Shown here in pieces: positions 28,840 through 37,075 of a stretch of 37,529 nucleotides of DNA. The stretch is taken from positions 1 through 37,529 of the IMG/VR virus record IMGVR_UViG_2778261576_000005; one strand, 5' to 3'. The position numbers and the translations under genes are program-made. The notes under the pieces are model-generated. The model saw only the letters and a list, made by a program, of their open reading frames with translations, was not told the DNA's origin and made no database searches. The first letter of the stretch is position 1. Every line of letters starts with the position of its first letter. This DNA is from a virus (Duplodnaviria; Heunggongvirae; Uroviricota; Caudoviricetes).

Positions 28840-29987
28840 TTGCGCCCCCTTACCTCTGAAGAGTTCAGCGACGAATGAATAAGACGGGCAAGAAATGCCG
28901 CATCGTTAATTCGGTCATACAGACTTACAGCCAGCGGTGATTCAGCTTTTTCCAGCATGGGATAAAGCTGCTGCAACCAGACCTGATGAATTGATGAAAT
29001 GTAGGAACAGAGAACGCTGGCGTTATGTGCAACGTCGCTCGGTACAGCGGGCTTTGAAAGCTGTTTCTCCATCTGGTTAAAGGCATTGATATATGCCTCT
29101 TTGAACTGGGCAGCACGTTTACCCGTGAAACCCATAGCAAGAAACGCAAAACCGTCGCGTGTGATTTGGTAGCAAGGAAGTTTGCGACCTGTGCAATCAG
29201 TGTAATCACTCACCGAAAAATTGCGGGCAGTGAATGATGCTGAGCATTCAAGCGTGCGGATCTTTTTCAGTACATCGTCATGACGTTTGGAGAAGAAGTT
29301 GGCAACAGCCAGGGATGAAGTAACAGCCTGACCATCAACGATGGCAATTTCAGGTTGAGTGAGGGTTGGGATCGTAGCCATGATGGCAGCCTCTTTGGTG
29401 ATTTTTAATAACTCACCACCAAGGCTTTCCACGACCTTATTGGTGGTGAGACATACAGGGGTGGAAATACCGGTCACCAAAGAACCCGGCCCAACCGAAG
29501 TTGGCCCTGCACGCCCCACCATAATTTGGGCGTAATGCTGCTCATGACACAAAAAAACCGCAAGAGCGCGGTTGTGCGCTTTGGTGAATTCCGGGTTTCC
29601 ACGCCCGGCACCCGTTTTATAAGGTGCCTGAACAGTGTAACGTCCCGGAATGGCAGAATCAATGTGCTGGTGGTCCTTCACACTCAACAAAATCACGCCT
29701 GAATTTCCACAAAGGACTAAAGCACTCATGCGGGTAGTCTTTGCGAAGATAGATAACGCGCTGTGTTTCTGGCTCCCAACGAATAACATGAACATAAAGT
29801 CCTCTTCCGTCACGAAACCAGCGGTTAAGTTCCTGCACAACTCGCCCCCCACAGTCAGGTAAAGTTCTCTGTGGTTACTTACAGCCAGGTGATTTGGTAA
29901 TCTGCATTCATGCCGTAACAACAGGTGTGCAGCGACACTGACCACCAGCTGTTGCGACAAACGGTTATTTGCCGTTAAACTGTTCAT
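28836..29987 (-). CDS. Rha-family regulatory domain protein (Rha domain from internal ATG 29381; 202-codon open N-terminal extension)
   Basis: Rha motifs in the C-terminal half; ORF start at 29987 makes an ATGA overlap with the upstream gene stop. Confidence 0.55.
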   Translation of the reverse strand: MNSLTANNRLSQQLVVSVAAHLLLRHECRLPNHLAVSNHRELYLTVGGELCRNLTAGFVTEEDFMFMLFVGSQKHSALSIFAKTTRMSALVLCGNSGVILLSVKDHQHIDSAIPGRYTVQAPYKTGAGRGNPEFTKAHNRALAVFLCHEQHYAQIMVGRAGPTSVGPGSLVTGISTPVCLTTNKVVESLGGELLKITKEAAIMATIPTLTQPEIAIVDGQAVTSSLAVANFFSKRHDDVLKKIRTLECSASFTARNFSVSDYTDCTGRKLPCYQITRDGFAFLAMGFTGKRAAQFKEAYINAFNQMEKQLSKPAVPSDVAHNASVLCSYISSIHQVWLQQLYPMLEKAESPLAVSLYDRINDAAFLARLIHSSLNSSEVRGRK

Positions 29988-30568
29988 GCGTTAGTTTCTC
30001 CACAACCAGAAGCAATCGACGCCACGACGCCCGGAGCTGCACACTCGCGGGCGTTACTCTTTTCCGGCGCACAAAAAACACGAAATAACAGTGTTAAATG
30101 CTCCTGCCACTTCGCCATTACTTGGTAGCTGTTCTCTTCGATTTGCTCACGCTCAGCTTGGTCAATAACTCCATCAGCAGTTGCCTTGCGTAAGTACTGG
30201 GAATGCTTGCCAATCCATTCTATTGACTCCATCAGCCGCTGATTAATGTCACCATTGTCAATGTCATCAATGACCACCAGCGGCACAAACACCCCATTAC
30301 TACGACGGGCTATTGCATCTGTTACATGCCTGGTACCACTGGCATCCTGTAAAACCATGGCCCACTCAAGTGGAAAAATTTGATCCCCACCGCTACGCAG
30401 TCTGTTATGCAATTGATCTTTTGCTGGGGTGATATCATCAGATTTATACAAACCAAGAATTTCTGCTGCTTCCTCATAGCCATGAGGTAAATCAGCAATC
30501 GTTCTTCGTATTGCTGCCACCAGCCATGCTGGTTGTTTATCAACTTTCCATTCAGGTTCTTTACCCAC
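29984..30568 (-). CDS. YmfL-like early regulator (cII-position gene)
   Basis: 194 aa directly downstream of cro-like gene. Confidence 0.45.
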   Translation of the reverse strand: MGKEPEWKVDKQPAWLVAAIRRTIADLPHGYEEAAEILGLYKSDDITPAKDQLHNRLRSGGDQIFPLEWAMVLQDASGTRHVTDAIARRSNGVFVPLVVIDDIDNGDINQRLMESIEWIGKHSQYLRKATADGVIDQAEREQIEENSYQVMAKWQEHLTLLFRVFCAPEKSNARECAAPGVVASIASGCGETNA

Positions 30569-30595
30569 GGTTAATTCCTCATTTCTGTGGTGTTT

Positions 30596-30793
30596 TTATG
30601 CCGCAGCACTGTTAGTCTTTTGATATAAAGACACGTCAACTTTCAGTTTCCCGTTAGTAATTTTTTCTAACTGGTACGCTCGGCCTTCAGGAATAATCTC
30701 AGGCCACTCTGAAACAGACGGATGCTTAATACCTAGGGCTTCGGCGGTTTTACAAACTCCGCCGAAATAATTAATCACGTCGGATTTCCGCAT
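30596..30793 (-). CDS. Cro-like repressor (YdaS/Cro family HTH)
   Basis: 65 aa; divergent from the CI gene across the operator region; GGAGA SD. Confidence 0.7.
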   Translation of the reverse strand: MRKSDVINYFGGVCKTAEALGIKHPSVSEWPEIIPEGRAYQLEKITNGKLKVDVSLYQKTNSAAA

Positions 30794-30825
30794 TTCTGTC
30801 TCCCGTTAAATTACGTTAAGCAGAA

Positions 30826-30890
30826 ATGTAGGATATCCAACATACCAATGTCAAGAATCCTACATGGGCATGTGGTAGGATTGCCTACAT
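30826..30890. promoter_or_regulatory. OR region: three operator repeats with divergent PR (minus) and PRM (plus)
   Basis: ATGTAGGATATCCAACAT at 30826-30843 plus two related sites at about 30848-30865 and 30870-30890; minus-strand TTGACA-17-CTACAT upstream of cro. Confidence 0.6.
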
Positions 30891-31542
30891 GATGAACATG
30901 AGTGATCGTATTCGCCAAAGGCGAAAAGAACTGAACCTGACACAACAAGCACTGGCTGATTTGACTGGTGTGAACCGTGTCACGGTTACTGGATGGGAAA
31001 AGGACGACTACCAACCAAATGGAGCCAACCTTCAAGCCCTAGCCAACGCACTTAAATGCGATCCTCTGTGGCTTGTTAGCGGAAAAGGCTCGCCTGAACC
31101 AAAGATAAATCTAAAACCTGAAATATTCGCAGTTAAAAAAGTCCCCCTCATCTCGTGGGTTCAGGCGGGTTCATGGACAATGACGGAGCCTGGTGTCAGG
31201 AAAGAAGATGCTGAAGAGTGGGTTTATACTACCGCCCTTGTATCAGAAATGGCATTTGCACTACGGGTCCGTGGTGATTCAATGACCAATCCCCTCGGCT
31301 CACCATCGATACCAGAAGGTTCTATCGTTATCGTAGAGCCAGATATTATTGATACAGAGTGTATTAACGGAAAAATCGTTGTTGCCCATATCAATGGTGG
31401 GCAAGAAGCGACACTCAAAAAATTTGTTGAGGACTGGCCGAACAGGTATCTCGTCCCACTAAATCCTAACTATAAAACTATTGAATGCGGTGAGAACTGC
31501 AGAATAGTTGGTCTTGTCAAACAAGTAATAATGGATTTTTGA
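30889..31542 (+). CDS. CI-type prophage repressor (HTH plus S24 LexA-like autopeptidase)
   Basis: N-terminal XRE-type HTH; C-terminal GDSM Ser nucleophile and conserved Lys. Confidence 0.85.
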   Translation: MMNMSDRIRQRRKELNLTQQALADLTGVNRVTVTGWEKDDYQPNGANLQALANALKCDPLWLVSGKGSPEPKINLKPEIFAVKKVPLISWVQAGSWTMTEPGVRKEDAEEWVYTTALVSEMAFALRVRGDSMTNPLGSPSIPEGSIVIVEPDIIDTECINGKIVVAHINGGQEATLKKFVEDWPNRYLVPLNPNYKTIECGENCRIVGLVKQVIMDF

Positions 31543-31566
31543 CACATCTTCCTCACTATCGCAAAA

Positions 31567-31588
31567 CCGGGGTATCCCCGGTTTTTTT
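31567..31588 (+). terminator. Intrinsic terminator after the CI gene
   Basis: CCGGGG-tat-CCCCGG followed by seven T. Confidence 0.7.
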
Positions 31589-31604
31589 ATGAGCCTATCT
31601 TTTT

Positions 31605-31658
31605 ATGTAGGATAACCAACATAAACTCTTGACACTCACATGTTGGATATCCTACATT
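31605..31658 (+). promoter_or_regulatory. OL/PL: two operator repeats bracketing TTGACA-N18-TACATT
   Basis: ATGTAGGATAACCAACAT at 31605-31622 and its near reverse complement at 31640-31657; -35 at 31629-31634. Confidence 0.6.
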
Positions 31659-31663
31659 TGTTT

Positions 31664-31752
31664 TTAGAGTTGTGGTGAATGCGCAGGCTGATGCGCGAAA
31701 GACATTGCAGCTATTGCGGAAAAGAGCTGTTCGGCGGGGCCATTAAACGCCC
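31664..31752 (+). repeat. 89-bp direct repeat, copy 1
   Basis: Identical to 32292-32380 except two mismatches; contains a GCGCA-N6-TGCGC hairpin and a GCTCTTTT-complement motif. Confidence 0.85.
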
Positions 31753-31856
31753 ATATCTGGAGGTTAAAGAACAAAATGAAAGTCCAGATTTTAAACAATA
31801 ACTGTGAAGTCGTTTGGGCGTAAAACATGACCGCGCGTAGACCAAGGGAGGAAAAA

Positions 31857-32033
31857 GTGGGAATAGTTAGAAATCAAGCAGATATATTGAAAATCAGCTC
31901 TGAATTGCTTGGAGTTTTGAAAAGTGAGCTCACCGCACATGGCATCGAGCCCACTGACGAAAATTTAAGTTGGGTTTTGTCGATTATTCAACAATCACTC
32001 AAGCCCAGCCTCAGCAAACTTTTTATCGAGTAG
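31857..32033 (+). CDS. Small hypothetical protein (58 aa from GTG 31857; alternative ATG 31827 gives an Arg-rich N-terminus)
   Basis: GGGAGG SD 5 nt before GTG; within the AT-rich cassette; 3' end overlaps the convergent ORF. Confidence 0.4.
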   Translation: MGIVRNQADILKISSELLGVLKSELTAHGIEPTDENLSWVLSIIQQSLKPSLSKLFIE

Positions 32034-32186
32034 TGCTTCGAACTTATCGTAAAGCTTGCTTATGTCGTCTATCGGGTTTTCTGACGTACTGTAATTTTTA
32101 TCTGATGTCATGGCAGCAGTCTGATATGCAGTGTGAGTCTTAACCGATAGTTGGAATAAATAAAGAATTTTTTCTTCTTTGGTCAT
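31995..32186 (-). CDS. Small hypothetical protein (63 aa)
   Basis: AAGGAAA SD 5 nt before ATG at 32186; MTKEEKILYLFQL...; within the AT-rich cassette. Confidence 0.45.
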   Translation of the reverse strand: MTKEEKILYLFQLSVKTHTAYQTAAMTSDKNYSTSENPIDDISKLYDKFEALLDKKFAEAGLE

Positions 32187-32291
32187 AACTATTTCCTTCT
32201 TGGCTATATGAAAACACCAAGATACCACCGAGCCTGAAGTGGTGAAAAGACAGGCACATAACAGCTAAGTATTTTCAACCAGAGAGAATCC

Positions 32292-32380
32292 TTAGCGTTG
32301 TGGTGAATGCGCAGGCTGATGCGCGAAAGACATTGCAGCTATTGCGGAAAAGAGCTGTTCGGCGGGGCAATTAAACGCCC
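32292..32380 (+). repeat. 89-bp direct repeat, copy 2
   Basis: See copy 1; the copies flank a roughly 540-bp AT-rich segment. Confidence 0.85.
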
Positions 32381-32627
32381 GTGAGAGTCTGAAATAACCG
32401 CAAGCCGGAGATCAGCACCGGTCACCACAACAGCCACTGCTTTGGCGGTACCAGTTTGTACACTTGCTTCCGGCTGGTACCGCTCTTTTTACAAAACAGA
32501 GAAGAGCATCACCGGACGACGGGCTCATAACCCAATCCATCCGGGCGTCTGCCACCGCAGGTGTTCTTCTCTGTTTTGTGGAGAAACCAACCGACCTTGC
32601 AGGGTCGATATGATGAGGAGCAGCAAA

Positions 32628-32990
32628 ATGGCTAGCGAACGCAGTACTGATGTGCAGGCATTTATCGGGGAGCTGGACGGCGGCGTATTTGAAACCAAAA
32701 TCGGCGCAGTTCTCAGTGAAGTCGCTTCCGGTGTGATGAACACGAAAACCAAAGGTAAGGTCTCGCTCAACCTGGAAATCGAACCGTTTGATGAGAACCG
32801 TGTGAAAATAAAACACAAACTCTCATATGTTCGCCCGACTAACCGCGGGAAAATTTCCGAAGAAGACACCACCGAAACGCCGATGTATGTCAATCGCGGT
32901 GGTCGCCTGACTATTCTGCAGGAAGACCAGGGACAATTACTGACTCTTGCCGGTGAGCCTGACGGAAAACTCCGCGCAGCAGGTCATTAA
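32628..32990 (+). CDS. YfdP-like early protein (120 aa)
   Basis: AGGAG SD 7 nt before ATG 32628; size and position match the KplE1 yfdP-yfdQ-yfdR order as recalled. Confidence 0.5.
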   Translation: MASERSTDVQAFIGELDGGVFETKIGAVLSEVASGVMNTKTKGKVSLNLEIEPFDENRVKIKHKLSYVRPTNRGKISEEDTTETPMYVNRGGRLTILQEDQGQLLTLAGEPDGKLRAAGH

Positions 32991-33055
32991 TATCGTTCTT
33001 AATTAACTGATTATTTATCTCATCATTGAATATCTTTATATAGTGAGGACTTATT

Positions 33056-33880
33056 ATGTCTCAGAACTTAGACGCAACCGCAATTAATCAAATTCATGCC
33101 CTTATTTCTGCTCAGGGTGTTAATGAAATTATCAGTAAGATTGGTGCCGATGCTGTGGCATTGCCTGAGAATTTCCGCATTCATGATCTGGAAAAATTTA
33201 ATTTAAATCGCTTCCGTTTCCGTGGTGCACTTTCCACTGCCAGCATCGATGATTTTACCCGTTATTCTAAAGATCTTGCAGATGAAGGCACCCGCTGCTT
33301 TATCGACGCCGATAATATGCGTGCCGTCAGTGTACTTAACCTGGGTACTATCGATGAACCAGGTCACGCAGATAACACCGCCACTCTCAAACTGAAAAAG
33401 ACAGCACCGTTCTCTGCCCTGTTGTCTGTTAACGGCGAGCGTAACTCCCAGAAGTCACTGGCAGAATGGATTGAAGACTGGGCCGACTACCTTGTGGGCT
33501 TTGATGCTAATGGTGACGCCATTCAGGCAACCAAAGCGGCTGCGGCGATCCGTAAAATCACAATTGAAGCGAACCAGACAGCTGATTTTGAAGATAATGA
33601 CTTCAGCGGCAAACGCTCCCTGATGGAGTCAGTCGAAGCGAAGACCAAAGACATTATGCCAGTGGCATTTGAATTTAAATGCGTTCCGTTTGAAGGCCTG
33701 AAAGAACGTCCGTTTAAATTACGCCTCAGCATTATCACTGGCGATCGTCCTGTACTGGTTCTGCGCATTATTCAGCTGGAAGCGGTGCAGGAAGAAATGG
33801 CTAACGAATTTCGTGATCTGCTTGTTGAGAAATTCAAAGACAGCAAAGTCGAAACCTTTATTGGTACTTTCACCGCCTGA
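33056..33880 (+). CDS. YfdQ-like protein (DUF2303-type, 274 aa)
   Basis: Size and position; acidic protein. Confidence 0.55.
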   Translation: MSQNLDATAINQIHALISAQGVNEIISKIGADAVALPENFRIHDLEKFNLNRFRFRGALSTASIDDFTRYSKDLADEGTRCFIDADNMRAVSVLNLGTIDEPGHADNTATLKLKKTAPFSALLSVNGERNSQKSLAEWIEDWADYLVGFDANGDAIQATKAAAAIRKITIEANQTADFEDNDFSGKRSLMESVEAKTKDIMPVAFEFKCVPFEGLKERPFKLRLSIITGDRPVLVLRIIQLEAVQEEMANEFRDLLVEKFKDSKVETFIGTFTA

Positions 33881-34007
33881 TTTCATTACTGCAAATGCCC
33901 CTGCGGGGGCATTTATGGAAACGTAATTAACTCAATAATCACCGGATGGTGAGAGCTTCCTTTTACCAGAATTCAGCGCGGTGCAGCGCATATACGTGGA
34001 GAACAAA

Positions 34008-34544
34008 ATGTCATTTATTAAAACTTTTTCCGGGAAGCATTTTTATTATGACAAGATAAATAAAGACGACATCGTGATTAACGATATCGCAGTTTCCCTC
34101 TCAAATATCTGTCGCTTTGCAGGGCATCTTTCACACTTCTACAGCGTCGCCCAACATGCGGTGCTTTGCAGCCAGCTGGTACCGCAGGAGTTTGCTTTCG
34201 AAGCGTTAATGCATGATGCAACAGAAGCATATTGCCAGGACATCCCCGCGCCACTGAAACGACCTCTTCCTGACTATAAACGGATGGAAGAAAAAATAGA
34301 CGCCGTAATCCGTAAGAAATACGGGTTACCCCCGGTTATGAGTACGCCCGTGAAATATGCCGATCTAATCATGCTGGCAACCGAACGCCGTGATCTCGGG
34401 CTTGATGATGGCTCTTTCTGGCCTGTACTGGAAGGCATCCCGGCAACAGAGATGTTCAACGTGATTCCACTGGCACCGGGCCATGCCTACGGGATGTTTA
34501 TGGAACGCTTCAACGAGTTATCGGAATTACGCAAATGTGCATAA
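34008..34544 (+). CDS. HD-domain phosphohydrolase, YfdR-like 5'-deoxynucleotidase
   Basis: GGAG SD 6 nt before ATG 34008 (178 aa); H...HD...D metal-binding motif (LMHDATEAY). Confidence 0.7.
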   Translation: MSFIKTFSGKHFYYDKINKDDIVINDIAVSLSNICRFAGHLSHFYSVAQHAVLCSQLVPQEFAFEALMHDATEAYCQDIPAPLKRPLPDYKRMEEKIDAVIRKKYGLPPVMSTPVKYADLIMLATERRDLGLDDGSFWPVLEGIPATEMFNVIPLAPGHAYGMFMERFNELSELRKCA

Positions 34545-35413
34545 CTCATGTAGTTAGTTTTTCTGGCGGGAGAACATCTGCATATCTTGTTCACCTGATG
34601 GAAGAACAAAGAAAGGCTGGCAATAACGTCTGCTACATCTTTATGGATACCGGTTGCGAACATCCGCTGACATACCGCTTTATTCGGGAGGTTGTGAAGT
34701 TCTGGGGCATACCGCTAACTGTGTTGCAGGTCGATATAAATCCAGAGCTTGGGCAGCCAAATGGTTATACGGAATGGGAACCAAAGGATATTCAGACACG
34801 AATGCCGGTGCTTAAACCGTTTATGGACATGGTAAAAAAATATGGCACGCCATACATCGGCGGCGAGTTCTGCACTGACAGATTAAAACTCACCCCCTTC
34901 ACAAAATACTGCGATGACCATTTCGGACGAGGGAATTACATCACATGGCTGGGTATTCGTGCAGACGAACCTCGTAGGCTGAAACCGAAATCAGGCGTCC
35001 GGTATCTTGCCGAGCTATCTGATTTTGATAAGTCGGATGTTATCCGGTGGTGGCATAAACAACCTTTTGATTTGCAAATCCCGGAGCACCTCGGGAACTG
35101 TGTTTTCTGCATCAAAAAGTCCACGCAAAAGCTGGGGCTTGCATGTAAAGACGAACCTGGTCTGATGCGAGTTTTTAATGAGCTGGTTACAGGTAAACAC
35201 GTCCGGGATGGTCACCGAAAGACAAATAAAGACGTTATGTACCGTGGTCATCTGAGCCTTGACGGGATTGCCAGAATGTATGCCGACAGCGACTACAGAA
35301 ATTTGTATCAGGCGATGGTGCAAGCCAGGCGATTCGATACCGGCTCGTGTTCAGAGTCATGTGAAATCTGGGGTGATCAATTGGAATTGAAATTCGAAGA
35401 GGTGGTGGCATGA
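34535..35413 (+). CDS. PAPS reductase-like PP-loop ATP pyrophosphatase family protein
   Basis: SFSGGRTSA PP-loop motif near the N-terminus; 292 aa. Confidence 0.75.
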   Translation: MCITHVVSFSGGRTSAYLVHLMEEQRKAGNNVCYIFMDTGCEHPLTYRFIREVVKFWGIPLTVLQVDINPELGQPNGYTEWEPKDIQTRMPVLKPFMDMVKKYGTPYIGGEFCTDRLKLTPFTKYCDDHFGRGNYITWLGIRADEPRRLKPKSGVRYLAELSDFDKSDVIRWWHKQPFDLQIPEHLGNCVFCIKKSTQKLGLACKDEPGLMRVFNELVTGKHVRDGHRKTNKDVMYRGHLSLDGIARMYADSDYRNLYQAMVQARRFDTGSCSESCEIWGDQLELKFEEVVA

Positions 35414-35613
35414 CAATCGTAAAAACCCATACCGGCATTGTGATCACCAAAGACGGCCCGCAGGTAAAAAAACTTCACCAGACAGAGCGGATGTGGGTCG
35501 TCGGCAAAAACGAGTTTTACCACAAAGAAACCGGACGCCGCCACTTTGCAGAAAATACGCGCCGCCGACTACTGATCGACACCATCAAGCCTATCGAGGT
35601 GAAGCATGTTTAA
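35410..35613 (+). CDS. Small hypothetical protein (67 aa)
   Basis: ATGA overlap with upstream stop; GAGGTGG SD. Confidence 0.45.
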   Translation: MTIVKTHTGIVITKDGPQVKKLHQTERMWVVGKNEFYHKETGRRHFAENTRRRLLIDTIKPIEVKHV

Positions 35614-35845
35614 ACAGAACGAAAAATCTATCGCTCAAATTGCTGAGTATATCCCGCGTGCGTGCCGGGGTATGCAGTTGCAGGAAGCCAAAGCGCGCCT
35701 GGAGAAAAAAATTGCGCTCTATATCGATGACGGCTGTGATGCTGCCGTTCTTAACGCGGCGTTCGCGCCAGCTCTTAACAGTCATACGCGGGAGTCTTTT
35801 TTTTCGCGCATCGCAGCGCAGATCCGTAAAGGAGGCAACCAGTGA
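35606..35845 (+). CDS. Small hypothetical protein (79 aa)
   Basis: Coupled to neighbours by overlapping stop/start. Confidence 0.45.
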   Translation: MFKQNEKSIAQIAEYIPRACRGMQLQEAKARLEKKIALYIDDGCDAAVLNAAFAPALNSHTRESFFSRIAAQIRKGGNQ

Positions 35846-36153
35846 GCAATTATCTGTACTGGTCTGGCTTAGTGGCTAACATTGCGCTCATGTTGTTCGT
35901 GGCTCTTTGCATCTGGGTTTGGTTTATCTGGCCTTTTGTAGAGGCTATGAGCATAACTCGGTGCTTTATTTGCGCATCAAAGACTTCTGGATGCAAACCA
36001 ACTGTAAGAGCAATTATCAGAACTTTAAAATACTGGTATCTGGATTTGCTTTTCGGCAGGGGCTGGACGCGAATTAGTAACCGCCAGTTTGAATGGGAAG
36101 GCGTCGGTAACTGGCGAATTCACAGCAGCAAAGAAACGCAGGAGGTGAAGTAA
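35842..36153 (+). CDS. Small membrane protein (103 aa, one N-terminal TM)
   Basis: GTG start with AAGGAGG SD; hydrophobic segment LVANIALMLFVALCIWVWFIW. Confidence 0.5.
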   Translation: MSNYLYWSGLVANIALMLFVALCIWVWFIWPFVEAMSITRCFICASKTSGCKPTVRAIIRTLKYWYLDLLFGRGWTRISNRQFEWEGVGNWRIHSSKETQEVK

Positions 36154-36725
36154 TGAACAACTTAATGATCGACCTTGAGACGATGGGGAAAAATAAGGAT
36201 GCACCAATCGTTTCCATTGGCGCGGTGTTCTTCACCCCAGAAACCGGAGACATCGGACAAGAATTCTATACGGTTGTCAGCCTGGAAAGTGCTATGGAGC
36301 AAGGGGCCACACCTGACGGCGATACCATCCTGTGGTGGTTGAAACAGAGCCCTGAAGCACGAGCTGCAATCTGTATTGATGATACTTTGTCGATCAGCGA
36401 TGCACTCTCTGAACTGAGCCATTTCATTAATCAGCATGCAGACAATACAAAATATTTAAAAGTCTGGGGTAACGGGGCCACCTTCGACAACGTAATTTTA
36501 CATGGAGCTTATGAGCGAGCAGGACAAATCTGCCCGTGGGCATACTGGAATGACCACGATGTACGCACGATCGTTACGCTTGGGCGTTCCATCGGATTCG
36601 ACCCCAAAATGGACATGCCCTTCGATGGCGAACGGCACAACGCCCTGGCCGATGCCCGTCATCAGGCAAAATATGTTTCCGCTATCTGGCAGAAATTAAT
36701 TCCTGCCACCAGCACAGAATTATGA
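36153..36725 (+). CDS. 3'-5' exonuclease, DEDD family
   Basis: MIDLETMG acidic motif I, later conserved His/Asp (ERHNALADARHQ); 190 aa. Confidence 0.7.
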   Translation: MNNLMIDLETMGKNKDAPIVSIGAVFFTPETGDIGQEFYTVVSLESAMEQGATPDGDTILWWLKQSPEARAAICIDDTLSISDALSELSHFINQHADNTKYLKVWGNGATFDNVILHGAYERAGQICPWAYWNDHDVRTIVTLGRSIGFDPKMDMPFDGERHNALADARHQAKYVSAIWQKLIPATSTEL

Positions 36726-36761
36726 TTTTCCCGGGTGCAGCCGGTTTTGATGGAGAAAATT

Positions 36762-37034
36762 ATGAACACCTTGTTTTTACTGATGGCTGAATTCAATACC
36801 CCTAACATTGAACTCTCAGCAGTTAGCCAAAAGTACTTTGGCATGAGTCCAGCCACGGCAGAAGCAAAAGCAAACGCTTGTAAGTTGCCCGTTCCAACAT
36901 ATCGCATCGGCACATCACAAAAAGCAAAACGTTGCATCAATATTCAGGATCTTGCGGAATACATAGACAAAAGGCGAGAAGAAGGGCGTGCTGAGTGGGA
37001 AAGGGTCAGAACCCATAAACAAAGGCTCATTTAA
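36762..37034 (+). CDS. Excisionase-like DNA-binding protein (PrtN family)
   Basis: GGAG SD 6 nt before ATG 36762; about 90 aa; last gene of early-left operon before the expected int. Confidence 0.5.
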   Translation: MNTLFLLMAEFNTPNIELSAVSQKYFGMSPATAEAKANACKLPVPTYRIGTSQKAKRCINIQDLAEYIDKRREEGRAEWERVRTHKQRLI

Positions 37035-37041
37035 ATAGAAT

Positions 37042-37075
37042 ATGAATAAACCCATCCAAAGATGGGTTTATTCAT
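37042..37075. terminator. Perfect 15-bp stem hairpin between convergent xis-like gene and the 153-aa ORF
   Basis: atgaataaacccatc-caaa-gatgggtttattcat; no clean T-run on either side. Confidence 0.5.

Noticed and set aside
31776-31823. 15-codon mini-ORF (MKVQILNNNCEVVWA) just downstream of repeat copy 1
   Set aside because: The only SD-like element (GGAGG) lies 12 nt upstream, which is too far; there is no support beyond an open frame.
31827-32033. The Arg-rich N-terminus (MTARRPREEK) of the 68-aa reading as a miniature N-like antiterminator
   Set aside because: No SD before the ATG at 31827, whereas the in-frame GTG at 31857 has a strong one; the protein is far shorter than known N proteins and no boxB-like hairpin with a GNRA-type loop is evident. 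Left as an open possibility only.
31857-32186. The convergent small-gene pair as a toxin-antitoxin module
   Set aside because: Neither peptide is hydrophobic like type I toxins and neither resembles known type II families that I recognise; the arrangement alone is insufficient.
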